From: a virus
Virus genome (UHGV): UHGV-1351569
Direction: 5' to 3' (one strand)
DNA: 64,000 nucleotides
Program-made: the position numbers and the translations under genes
Part shown: in pieces, positions 55,092-63,204 of the stretch
Layout: each line of letters opens with the position of its first letter
How positions within the stretch are numbered: position 1 is the stretch's first letter
Notes under the pieces: model-generated
Databases searched by the model: none
Seen by the model: the letters and a program-made list of their open reading frames with translations, nothing else
Told to the model about the DNA's origin: nothing

Positions 55092-55298
55092 ATGTTTACT
55101 ACAGCTGAATTAAAACGAGCAAAAGCTAAGAAAGGGCAAGGAAAATATAAAGCTGAATTAGTTAAAGAACTTCAGTTTGCTGAGGCTGAATTGAATTCAA
55201 TGATTATTCAAAATGCTCCAGAAACTGAAATTGCTCTTAAACGTATTGCGAATAAGTGTCTTCGTGATGCAATCGTCGATCTTTTAGCGGATTATTGA
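55092..55298 (+). CDS. Hypothetical protein (about 68 aa)
   Basis: ORF track 55080..55298; ATG 55092 behind the shared leader. Confidence 0.5.
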   Translation: MFTTAELKRAKAKKGQGKYKAELVKELQFAEAELNSMIIQNAPETEIALKRIANKCLRDAIVDLLADY

Positions 55299-55303
55299 GT
55301 AAA

Positions 55304-55567
55304 ATGAAATTTAAATTTTATTACGCTAAACATAAAATAACTGATGAGTTTGTGTCAGTTGAATATTCTAGCGATGATGAAGGTATGATTTATACTCGCT
55401 TAGGGTTATCGCACTGGGAGTCTGATACGCCTTATTTTTCAACTCCTGAAGAAATTACACGTTTAGTTAATGGTCATATGAATGACCACTGGAATGTAAT
55501 TCTTTCAGATAGTCTTAAAGCGGCTATTAATAGTAATGAAATGAAAATCGCTGAGATTGAACTATGA
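55304..55567 (+). CDS. Hypothetical protein (about 87 aa)
   Basis: ORF track 55295..55567; ATG 55304. Confidence 0.5.
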   Translation: MKFKFYYAKHKITDEFVSVEYSSDDEGMIYTRLGLSHWESDTPYFSTPEEITRLVNGHMNDHWNVILSDSLKAAINSNEMKIAEIEL

Positions 55568-55753
55568 GTTCATTATGGTGGTGTTTTGTTTGGTTAATTA
55601 GTATTCCATTGATTTGTTTAGTATTTACTTTTGTGATGAGGTTATTATGAAAATTTTGAATTCTGTACTTATTGCTTGTGCATGGTGGGTTGCACAGGTT
55701 TCAGCGGTAGTAGTTGGTATTCACATTTATTACGAATATTTTTAAAAAAGTTG

Positions 55754-55782
55754 TTTACAAGACTGTTCTTCCGTGGTACTAT
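55754..55782 (+). promoter_or_regulatory. T4-type early promoter, cassette copy E
   Basis: GTTTACA ... TGGTACTAT with the same leader as copies C and D. Confidence 0.6.
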
Positions 55783-55810
55783 TACCCTATCAACTACGGA
55801 GGAACAGAAA

Positions 55811-55924
55811 ATGAAAAAGATTGTTAAAGCTATATGGAATGTAGTTATAATACTAATAGTTTTGAGTATATTCCCAATCGTTTTAATGATTGATGTATTA
55901 AACGTTTACTTTGGATTTATGTGA
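55811..55924 (+). CDS. Small membrane peptide, 37 aa
   Basis: ATG behind the shared GGAGGAACAGAAA leader; hydrophobic (IWNVVIILIVLSIFPIVLMI); the track ORF 55676..55924 starts inside the promoter. Confidence 0.4.
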   Translation: MKKIVKAIWNVVIILIVLSIFPIVLMIDVLNVYFGFM

Positions 55925-55931
55925 GGAAAAT

Positions 55932-56129
55932 ATGAAGCGTAAACGCAGTGCTTTTACATTTATTGAATGGTTTTTCGATAATATTTTTCCGGCTTTATTC
56001 ATTTTCATGCTGATTTTTGCCTTAGGTTCAGTTGTAGTTGGAATCTATTTGATGGCGGTAGTCGGAATGGATATTCATCAAAATGGTTTAAAATCCGTAG
56101 TTGAAACAATTTGGAATGGTGTAAAATAA
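55932..56129 (+). CDS. Small membrane protein (about 65 aa)
   Basis: ORF track 55911..56129; ATG 55932 behind TGAGGAAAAT; hydrophobic core. Confidence 0.45.
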   Translation: MKRKRSAFTFIEWFFDNIFPALFIFMLIFALGSVVVGIYLMAVVGMDIHQNGLKSVVETIWNGVK

Positions 56130-56244
56130 TGAATTTACTAAACATTTGGTTTTATATTCTCATGTTTTACATTGGCGCAAATTTTCCATATTGGATGGGA
56201 TGGTCAACAACTGCATTTGGATTTTATACTCCTTGAGGTGAATT

Positions 56245-56460
56245 ATGAAAAGTTTTAAAGATGTAAAAGTTGGTGAAATTTTCTGTTTAGATAATGGTGA
56301 TCAGTTAATTCGTATTTCACCTCTTAAGAGCACTAGCGAGAAAATGACAGTTAACGCTACTTTAGCAAATAACAGCAATGAACGTTTCTGTATTGAAAAT
56401 GATACTGAAACTTATACTGTAGAAGAGTTCTGGGAATTGAGCGTCGACTGCGACGATTAA
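56245..56460 (+). CDS. Hypothetical protein, 71 aa
   Basis: ORF track; GAGG RBS. Confidence 0.45.
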   Translation: MKSFKDVKVGEIFCLDNGDQLIRISPLKSTSEKMTVNATLANNSNERFCIENDTETYTVEEFWELSVDCDD

Positions 56461-56520
56461 TTTATCGGCCGTATGTATTCATGCGGCCTTGGAGTAGAAA
56501 ATAATTTAGAGGAAATTAAA

Positions 56521-56979
56521 ATGAAATATATGACTGTTACTGATCTGAATAATGCAGGCGCAACTGTTATTGGTACAATCAAGGGCGGTGAATGGGTTTT
56601 TGGAACTCCGCATAAAGACATTTTGTCTAACCCTGGATTTTACTTTTTAGTGAGTAAATTAGATGGTCGTCCATTTGGTAGTCGATGTGTATCTGCACGA
56701 TTTTATGTAGGTAATCAACGTTCTAAGCAAGGATTCAGCGCAGTTCTAAGTCATATTCGTCAGCGTCGGTCTCAGCTTGCGCGTACTATTGCAAATAACA
56801 ATGTTCCATACACAGTATTTTATTTGCCTGCTTCTAAGATGAAACCTCTGACGACGGGATTTGGAAAAGGTCAGTTAGCTTTGGCGTTTACTCGTAATCA
56901 TCATTCTGAATATCAAACACTTGAAGAAATGAACCGTATGTTGGCTGATAACTTTAAATTTGTTTTGCAGGCATATTAA
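56521..56979 (+). CDS. ndd: Nucleoid disruption protein Ndd, 152 aa
   Basis: [25 protein letters not shown]... matches recalled T4 Ndd; the track ORF starts further upstream. Confidence 0.8.
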   Translation: MKYMTVTDLNNAGATVIGTIKGGEWVFGTPHKDILSNPGFYFLVSKLDGRPFGSRCVSARFYVGNQRSKQGFSAVLSHIRQRRSQLARTIANNNVPYTVFYLPASKMKPLTTGFGKGQLALAFTRNHHSEYQTLEEMNRMLADNFKFVLQAY

Positions 56980-57059
56980 TGAGTAATTTCCATAACGAAC
57001 ACGTGATGCAGTTCTATCGTAACAATCTTAAAACTAAAGGCATCTTCGGACGCCAGTGA
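56979..57059 (+). CDS. stp: Stp peptide (26 aa)
   Basis: [26 protein letters not shown] matches recalled T4 Stp; ATG overlaps the ndd TAA. Confidence 0.75.
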   Translation: MSNFHNEHVMQFYRNNLKTKGIFGRQ

Positions 57060-57066
57060 GGAAAAT

Positions 57067-57222
57067 ATGAATATTGCAAAACTATTAGGAGTTATTTCAT
57101 TTATTTGTTGGATAGTAGCATGTGTTTTAACTATCTGTATAGATGCTAGCAGTGTGTTTTCACAAGCTTTAGCCCAGGGTATGTGTGCATATTTAACATT
57201 TGTGCTGTTATCTAATGATTAA
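57067..57222 (+). CDS. ac: Small membrane protein (51 aa), likely Ac (acridine sensitivity)
   Basis: TGAGGAAAATATG start; hydrophobic; size and position as T4 ac. Confidence 0.55.
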   Translation: MNIAKLLGVISFICWIVACVLTICIDASSVFSQALAQGMCAYLTFVLLSND

Positions 57223-57355
57223 GAAAATCTTGGGCTATTCATTAGCCCTTGCTACTTTATTGGTAGCACTATATTATGGAGTAATGTTCGGATTAATTCA
57301 AGTCGTGCTTTTCATTTCTGATGTTATTATGGCACTACATTCACTAGTATGGTAA
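57215..57355 (+). CDS. Small hydrophobic peptide, 46 aa
   Basis: ATG to TAA frame overlapping the ac stop and gene 52 start region. Confidence 0.3.
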   Translation: MIKKILGYSLALATLLVALYYGVMFGLIQVVLFISDVIMALHSLVW

Positions 57356-57359
57356 ATTT

Positions 57360-58688
57360 ATGCAACTGAATAATCGTGATTTAAAAAGTATCATTGATAA
57401 TGAAGCATTGGCTTATGCTATGTACACGGTTGAAAATCGTGCTATTCCAAATATGATTGATGGATTTAAGCCAGTCCAACGATTTGTTATTGCTCGAGCT
57501 CTTGATTTGGCGCGAGGAAATAAAGATAAGTTTCACAAACTCGCTTCTATTGCAGGTGGTGTAGCTGACCTTGGATATCATCATGGTGAAAACTCTGCAC
57601 AAGATGCGGGGGCTTTGATGGCTAACACTTGGAATAATAACTTTCCTTTGTTAGATGGTCAAGGAAACTTTGGTTCTCGTACCGTTCAAAAAGCAGCAGC
57701 AAGTCGTTATATTTTTGCTCGTGTAAGTAAAAATTTCTATAACGTATATAAAGATACTGAATATGCTCCGGTACATCAAGATAAAGAACACATTCCGCCT
57801 GCTTTCTATTTGCCTATTATTCCTACCGTTCTTCTTAATGGTGTTTCCGGTATTGCAACTGGTTATGCAACTTACATTCTTCCTCATAGCGTTTCTTCTG
57901 TTAAGAAAGCTGTACTACAAGCTCTTCAAGGAAAGAAAGTAACTAAACCGAAGGTAGAATTCCCAGAATTTCGCGGTGAAGTCGTTGAAATTGACGGTCA
58001 ATATGAAATTCGTGGAACGTACAAGTTTACTTCACGAACCCAAATGCATATCACTGAGATTCCGTATAAGTATGATCGTGAAACTTACGTGAGTAAAATC
58101 TTAGACCCGCTTGAAGATAAAGGCTTCATTACGTGGGATGATGCTTGTGGTGAGCATGGCTTTGGCTTTAAAGTTAAATTCCGCAAAGAATATTCTTTGA
58201 GTGATAATGAAGAAGAACGCCATGCAAAAATCATGAAAGACTTCGGGTTGATTGAGCGTCGTTCCCAAAATATTACAGTCATCAACGAGAAAGGAAAACT
58301 GCAAGTTTACGATAACGTAGTTGATTTAATCAAAGACTTCGTTGAAGTTCGTAAAACTTATGTTCAAAAACGAATTGATAACAAAATCAAAGAAACTGAA
58401 TCAGCATTTCGTTTAGCCTTTGCCAAGGCACATTTCATTAAGAAAGTAATTTCAGGTGAAATCGTTGTACAGGGTAAAACTCGCAAAGAACTGACCGAAG
58501 AACTTTCTAAAATTGATATGTATTCTTCTTATGTTGATAAACTAGTCGGAATGAATATTTTTCATATGACTTCCGATGAAGCAAAGAAACTTGCTGAAGA
58601 AGCTAAAGCTAAGAAAGAAGAAAACGAATATTGGAAAACTACTGATGTAGTTACAGAATACACCAAAGATTTAGAGGAAATCAAATGA
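57360..58688 (+). CDS. 52: DNA topoisomerase II medium subunit gp52 (GyrA-like), 442 aa
   Basis: GyrA-like N-terminus (NMIDGFKPVQRFV...), active-site Tyr region; exact T4 gp52 length. Confidence 0.9.
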   Translation: MQLNNRDLKSIIDNEALAYAMYTVENRAIPNMIDGFKPVQRFVIARALDLARGNKDKFHKLASIAGGVADLGYHHGENSAQDAGALMANTWNNNFPLLDGQGNFGSRTVQKAAASRYIFARVSKNFYNVYKDTEYAPVHQDKEHIPPAFYLPIIPTVLLNGVSGIATGYATYILPHSVSSVKKAVLQALQGKKVTKPKVEFPEFRGEVVEIDGQYEIRGTYKFTSRTQMHITEIPYKYDRETYVSKILDPLEDKGFITWDDACGEHGFGFKVKFRKEYSLSDNEEERHAKIMKDFGLIERRSQNITVINEKGKLQVYDNVVDLIKDFVEVRKTYVQKRIDNKIKETESAFRLAFAKAHFIKKVISGEIVVQGKTRKELTEELSKIDMYSSYVDKLVGMNIFHMTSDEAKKLAEEAKAKKEENEYWKTTDVVTEYTKDLEEIK

Positions 58689-58834
58689 GTCCATTCATAG
58701 GTATTACAAGCGCTGCATTAGTATCTGGTAGCATTTTACTGGCGGGTTTAGGCGTTGTTCCAGCTGTAGCAGGAGGTCTTCTTGCGTTCGGAATTCAACG
58801 TGTTATCATGACAGTTATCACAGTCATGCAGTAA
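58685..58834 (+). CDS. Small membrane peptide, 49 aa
   Basis: ATGA overlap with the gene 52 stop; Gly/Ala-rich hydrophobic. Confidence 0.4.
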   Translation: MSPFIGITSAALVSGSILLAGLGVVPAVAGGLLAFGIQRVIMTVITVMQ

Positions 58835-58840
58835 TTTTAG

Positions 58841-58866
58841 GGAGAGCTGAGGCTCTCCCTTTTTTA
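58841..58866 (+). terminator. Terminator hairpin GGGAGAGC-TGAG-GCTCTCCC plus T6
   Basis: 8-bp stem; same flanking sequence as the terminator at 1136. Confidence 0.7.
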
Positions 58867-58892
58867 TTTCAAAAAATTTTTTCACAAAACGG

Positions 58893-58922
58893 TTTACAAC
58901 CAAAGCATACTGTGGTACTATA
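58893..58922 (+). promoter_or_regulatory. T4-type early promoter, cassette copy B
   Basis: TTTTTTCACAAAACGGTTTACA ... TGGTACTAT, nearly identical to copy A. Confidence 0.6.
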
Positions 58923-58962
58923 CAACTATCAACTACTGATACAGAATTACGGAGATTAGAAA

Positions 58963-59598
58963 ATGTCTAAAGTAACTTACATCATCAAAGCTTCTAACGA
59001 TGTTCTGAATGAAAAAACTGCTGCGATTTTAATTACCATTGCTAAGAAAGATTTCATTACAGCTGCAGAAGTTCGTGAGGTGCATCCAGATTTAGGTAAT
59101 GCAGTAGTTAATAGTAATATTGGGGTATTGATTAAAAAAGGCCTGGTGGAGAAATCTGGTGATGGATTAATCATTACTGGTGAAGCTCAGGATATTATTT
59201 CAAATGCAGCAACTTTATACGCACAGGAAAACGCTCCGGAACTGCTGAAAAAACGAGCAACCCGTAAAGCTCGCGAGATTACTTCTGATATGGAAGAAGA
59301 TAAAGACTTCATGTTAAAACTTTTAGATGAAAATGGATTTGTTCTTAAAAAGGTTGAAACTTATCGTAGTAACTATCTTGCTATTTTAGAAAAACGCACT
59401 CACGGAATTCGTAATTTTGAAATTAACAACAATGGAAATATGCGAATTTTTGGATACAAAATGATGGAACATCATATTCAGAAATTTACTGATATCGGAA
59501 TGTCATGTAAAATCGCTAAAAACGGTAATGTGTATCTTGACATTAAACGCTCGGCAGAAAACATTGAAGCAGTAATCACCGTAGCATCTGAACTGTGA
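58963..59598 (+). CDS. motA: Middle-transcription activator MotA, 211 aa
   Basis: Exact T4 MotA length; position between 52 and asiA. Confidence 0.85.
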   Translation: MSKVTYIIKASNDVLNEKTAAILITIAKKDFITAAEVREVHPDLGNAVVNSNIGVLIKKGLVEKSGDGLIITGEAQDIISNAATLYAQENAPELLKKRATRKAREITSDMEEDKDFMLKLLDENGFVLKKVETYRSNYLAILEKRTHGIRNFEINNNGNMRIFGYKMMEHHIQKFTDIGMSCKIAKNGNVYLDIKRSAENIEAVITVASEL

Positions 59599-59608
59599 GG
59601 AATAAATA

Positions 59609-59938
59609 ATGAACAAGTTAGAAATTGTTAATGAACTTCGCCGTTGTGCAGAACCTACTCAAGAGGGTTGGGACATCTGGTATCATGGAGCTTATCTTGG
59701 AACTATCGTAAAGATTAAGACTGGTAAATACATGATTATTCGTGAAAGTAAAGATGCTCCAGTAGGTATTCGCAATAATTTTATGGCAGCGATAAGTTCA
59801 TTTACGGATGCAGCTTACGAAATTTACCTTGCTGATTATAAAGAATTCCAGGAATCTCAACCAGTTATTCGCTCAATTGGTGTTAACAAAGCTCAACAGA
59901 AAACTTTGTGGCAGCGTATTAAAGGATGGTTTAAATGA
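59609..59938 (+). CDS. Hypothetical protein, 109 aa
   Basis: ORF track; GAGGAATAAATA RBS. Confidence 0.55.
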   Translation: MNKLEIVNELRRCAEPTQEGWDIWYHGAYLGTIVKIKTGKYMIIRESKDAPVGIRNNFMAAISSFTDAAYEIYLADYKEFQESQPVIRSIGVNKAQQKTLWQRIKGWFK

Positions 59939-60396
59939 AAACTTTTAAAGAACGTTTAGCTCTGTTAGATAAAGCTTTGTCACGTGAGACTCCAGAAAGT
60001 CTGGCTGCTAAATTAGCTTCTTACAGTGGTGAATACACAGAACAAAATGTTTTAGATGAAGTTCCTGAAATTTGTTGGCAGACTGCGTACTGGGATGAAA
60101 ACCAAAAGTATCAACGACGGATTGTCTGTGCAGCCAACCGTTTTAAATTAAAAGATGGACGAACTCTTATCATTCCAGGTGCTCGTCATTATTCTAAAGA
60201 TATGGCAGAAGTTTTAGATGTAGTTAAACCTCAATTAGTCACTCAACAAGTTTGTGATGATGACCAAGGGTTTATTGACCAATATAGTAATTATTGGACA
60301 CGTGAAGAAGCAATGATTATTGCAACTTACGCTGGACAAGTACGTATTGAACGTGGTGGTAGTGAAAAAGAACTTTATTCTGAGGACCTTTACTAA
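59935..60396 (+). CDS. Hypothetical protein, 153 aa
   Basis: ORF track; ATGA overlap. Confidence 0.55.
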   Translation: MKTFKERLALLDKALSRETPESLAAKLASYSGEYTEQNVLDEVPEICWQTAYWDENQKYQRRIVCAANRFKLKDGRTLIIPGARHYSKDMAEVLDVVKPQLVTQQVCDDDQGFIDQYSNYWTREEAMIIATYAGQVRIERGGSEKELYSEDLY

Positions 60397-60692
60397 TGAA
60401 TATTAAAAAGTTTCAAATTGATGGAATTATGAATCAAATACAGGCATTGGAATATGCCAATAAAATGATGTCAACTAATTGGGGAATTTATGCCAATGAA
60501 CCGGCATTTCAGTTTTGTGATATGGAATTCGCCAAAAAGCTCGTAGGAAAAGATTATGTATGCCCATTTAGTTCTCCGGTAAATGGAATGCTAAAACCTG
60601 CTTTACGCGATCTTTATATTGCGATGAACGAAGAAATGATAAAAGAATTAAAACGTCAACTGAAGGTGATTCAATTTGGCCAGGGAAATTAA
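60396..60692 (+). CDS. Hypothetical protein, 98 aa
   Basis: ORF track. Confidence 0.5.
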   Translation: MNIKKFQIDGIMNQIQALEYANKMMSTNWGIYANEPAFQFCDMEFAKKLVGKDYVCPFSSPVNGMLKPALRDLYIAMNEEMIKELKRQLKVIQFGQGN

Positions 60693-60894
60693 TTCAAAAT
60701 CCGATTATTTTAATTCTCTCAATGATAAAGATAAAAATCTAATACGGCATTTTATTGTTGAGATGGGATATACTGACACACGTGATTTAAGAGAACATAT
60801 ATTTGAATGTGGTGTAGCTAAAAAGTTTTCATTCACATGCAAATGTTTAAGAGAGGTAATTCAGCACTATGAACAATTTAGTCGCAAAACATAA
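60676..60894 (+). CDS. Hypothetical protein, 72 aa
   Basis: ORF track. Confidence 0.45.
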   Translation: MAREINSKSDYFNSLNDKDKNLIRHFIVEMGYTDTRDLREHIFECGVAKKFSFTCKCLREVIQHYEQFSRKT

Positions 60895-60977
60895 TTTTAA
60901 TAAAGCTTCTGTTCATAAGGATAAGAAGAAAGCGTTTAAAGAATCTAATCGCAAACAGAAACATAAGGGGAAGGTCT

Positions 60978-61256
60978 ATGATTATTGATTCTCAATCTGT
61001 GGTTCAATACACAATTAAAATTGATATTCTAGAAAAGCTATATAAGTTTCTACCAAATTTATACCACTCAATTGTTAATGAATTAGTTGAAGAACTACAT
61101 CTCGAGAATAATGATTTCTTGGTTGGAACTTATAAAGACCTCTCAAAAGCAGGATATTTTTACGTAATTCCAGCTCCAGGAAAAAGTATTGATGATGTAT
61201 TAAAAATTATAATGATTTATGTCCATGATTACGAAATTGAAGATTATTTTGAATGA
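60978..61256 (+). CDS. arn: Probable Arn (anti-restriction nuclease, McrBC inhibitor in T4), 92 aa
   Basis: Length (92 aa) and position just upstream of asiA as in T4; acidic protein. Confidence 0.55.
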   Translation: MIIDSQSVVQYTIKIDILEKLYKFLPNLYHSIVNELVEELHLENNDFLVGTYKDLSKAGYFYVIPAPGKSIDDVLKIIMIYVHDYEIEDYFE

Positions 61257-61405
61257 GTCATAATCTTGAAAAGGTAATCGAGCATAATGTAGCTCAGGAA
61301 CGCGAGTCGTTCAAGGAATTCGTAGAAAAAATTTTTGAAGAAAATAACACAGACCAGTTTACAAATCAAGCGTCTGATGATATTATAACAAAGTCAACTA
61401 ATTGA
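61253..61405 (+). CDS. Hypothetical small protein, 50 aa
   Basis: ATGA overlap with the arn stop; below the ORF-track cutoff. Confidence 0.35.
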   Translation: MSHNLEKVIEHNVAQERESFKEFVEKIFEENNTDQFTNQASDDIITKSTN

Positions 61406-61417
61406 GTGGTATAGTTA

Positions 61418-61690
61418 ATGAATAAAAACATTGATACAGTTCGTGAAATTATTACTGTTGCGTCTATTTTGATTAAATTTTCCAGAGAAGATATTGTTGA
61501 GAATCGTGCTAATTTTATTGCATTTCTGAATGAGATTGGAGTAACACATGAAGGCAGAAAGTTAAACCAGAATTCATTCCGTAAAATTGTTTCTGAATTA
61601 ACTCAAGAAGATAAGAAAACCCTCATCGACGAATTCAACGAGGGTTTTGAGGGTGTATATCGATATCTAGAGATGTATACAAACAAATAA
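61418..61690 (+). CDS. asiA: Anti-sigma-70 factor AsiA, 90 aa
   Basis: MNKNIDTVREIITVASILIKFSREDIVENRANFIAFLNEIGVTHEGRKLNQNSFRKIVSELTQEDKKTLIDEFNEGFEGVYRYLEMYTNK matches recalled T4 AsiA. Confidence 0.92.
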   Translation: MNKNIDTVREIITVASILIKFSREDIVENRANFIAFLNEIGVTHEGRKLNQNSFRKIVSELTQEDKKTLIDEFNEGFEGVYRYLEMYTNK

Positions 61691-62347
61691 TTATTTAGCC
61701 CTTCCTAATATTCTGGCCGCCTGAGCACATATTGATTCAAGGCGGTCATTACTTATATGATCATTTCTATACCAGTACATGGTTATCGTTCCAGCATAGA
61801 TATTATCCAAATTAAAATATGGACAACTGTACATGTAGTTTATTTCGGGAGTAGGCTTTTTAGTTGGTAAAAAAGCAAATTTTGAGTTGGAATAATAATG
61901 ACGTCCATTTAAATGAACTGTATATTCATCCATAGTTTTATCAACAGGATATCCTCCAAGTGATTTTTCACTTATTGTTGAAGGTAATTTTCCTTCGTAT
62001 GCTATAATATCAACAAAATAGTTTAAGTTTTTAGGGCGGAAAGAATATACCGCACTAAAGTCTGCCTCAGATGATATATGAACTATCTGGAGTTGTTCCA
62101 GGGCGACAGATTCAAAGCGTGCATTTCTTTCCTTTTCAATAATTTCACTGTATGTTTCATACTTTGATTGCTTATAGTACTCAAAGAAACTATCTCCCCT
62201 ATACCAAACAATCGCCATCATAAATAAAAGAATTACGACAGCTACCCGGGAAGCAAGAACTTTCCCGGTAGCGTTATCTTTGAACAAGCGATCTAGAACA
62301 CCAAACAGAATATCAGAGGGCGAAAATGATATTCTAGGTGCTGCCAT
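61691..62347 (-). CDS. t: Holin T, 218 aa
   Basis: MAAPRISFSPSDILFGVLDRLFKDNATGKVLASR... matches recalled T4 holin; strong AAGGAGG RBS; single TM segment. Confidence 0.92.
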   Translation of the reverse strand: MAAPRISFSPSDILFGVLDRLFKDNATGKVLASRVAVVILLFMMAIVWYRGDSFFEYYKQSKYETYSEIIEKERNARFESVALEQLQIVHISSEADFSAVYSFRPKNLNYFVDIIAYEGKLPSTISEKSLGGYPVDKTMDEYTVHLNGRHYYSNSKFAFLPTKKPTPEINYMYSCPYFNLDNIYAGTITMYWYRNDHISNDRLESICAQAARILGRAK

Positions 62348-62378
62348 AGACCCTCCTTTTAAGGATATTTATTCAAAA

Positions 62379-63185
62379 TTATACTCTTGGACCATATATT
62401 GCTCCAACATTTTGCCATGTTGGAGCAGACCCTATGACAGCATAACCAGCAGCTCCGCCGGCACCGACTTTGAGTACTTTACCTCCGTCATACCAGGCAT
62501 TTTGCCCATTTGCGCCAGCATCACCACCCTGGCCAGAGTGAGCATTACCATAATTATAACCACCTCCTGGGCCATCATAAGAAGCTGCGCCGCCGGAATA
62601 ACCTCCGCCTCCTCCTGGGCCAAATGGTCTTCCTCCACCACCACCAATATCTTGCCAATTTGCACCAGAGTGAGGACGATAAGCGATACCGCCTCCACCT
62701 CCACCTCCACCGCAAATTACTCCACCGTTATTAATTCTTAATCGTCCACCGATGTCATTTTGAATACAATGACCACCTTGTTGACCATTACCATCTCCGC
62801 CAGAATGAGTCCATCCACCTTGTCCACCTCTACCCCACATATGGACGCCTCCACCAATATTCAATTGAACATATTCATTAGGTGTATCTCCATACATAAA
62901 GAATAAAGGAACGTCTCTAGAATATGATACCAAATTTCCGGTAATATTAAACACTATAGGTGCACTACCTGCCTCAAAACATCTATCTCGGAACCATTGA
63001 CCATTGAAGTTATGGTCCGCTCCAAGGGTGTGAATTACTTCAACAGATCGACCTATCATATTACTCATCCAGAACGGAATGCCCATTCTTAATCGTTGGG
63101 CCGCACCACCCATCCAATTTTGTCCTGTATTAACTACTGCAGACCATCCTACCCACGGTCCTTCAACTGCCATATAAACCTCCAA
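62379..63185 (-). CDS. 38: gp38 tail-fibre adhesin, T2/T6 type with glycine-rich motifs, 268 aa
   Basis: Poly-Gly blocks ([27 protein letters not shown]) separated by variable segments; sits between t and 37. Confidence 0.75.
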   Translation of the reverse strand: MEVYMAVEGPWVGWSAVVNTGQNWMGGAAQRLRMGIPFWMSNMIGRSVEVIHTLGADHNFNGQWFRDRCFEAGSAPIVFNITGNLVSYSRDVPLFFMYGDTPNEYVQLNIGGGVHMWGRGGQGGWTHSGGDGNGQQGGHCIQNDIGGRLRINNGGVICGGGGGGGGIAYRPHSGANWQDIGGGGGRPFGPGGGGGYSGGAASYDGPGGGYNYGNAHSGQGGDAGANGQNAWYDGGKVLKVGAGGAAGYAVIGSAPTWQNVGAIYGPRV

Positions 63186-63200
63186 GGGGCCGAAGCCCCT
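63186..63200 (-). terminator. Hairpin GGGGC-TTCG-GCCCC between gene 37 and gene 38 (function uncertain)
   Basis: Stable hairpin 2 nt upstream of the gene 38 RBS; may stabilise or attenuate the transcript. Confidence 0.35.
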
Positions 63201-63204
63201 CTTA

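Noticed and set aside
55676-55810. N-terminal extension of the track ORF 55676..55924
   Set aside because: The extension reads through the promoter cassette (-35/-10 and leader); the real start is most likely ATG 55811 behind the conserved leader RBS.
62280-62741. + strand ORFs (153 aa, 74 aa) and a - strand alternate-frame ORF (92 aa) within gene 38
   Set aside because: They lie inside or antisense to the well-supported gp38 gene; the glycine-codon repeats give open frames in several frames; no RBS.
1136-63200. Dispersed GGGCTTCGGCCC-type repeats considered as a possible CRISPR array
   Set aside because: They are single hairpins at gene ends with irregular, kilobase-scale spacing and a following T-run, which makes them intrinsic terminators or RNA-stabilising hairpins, not repeat-spacer units.
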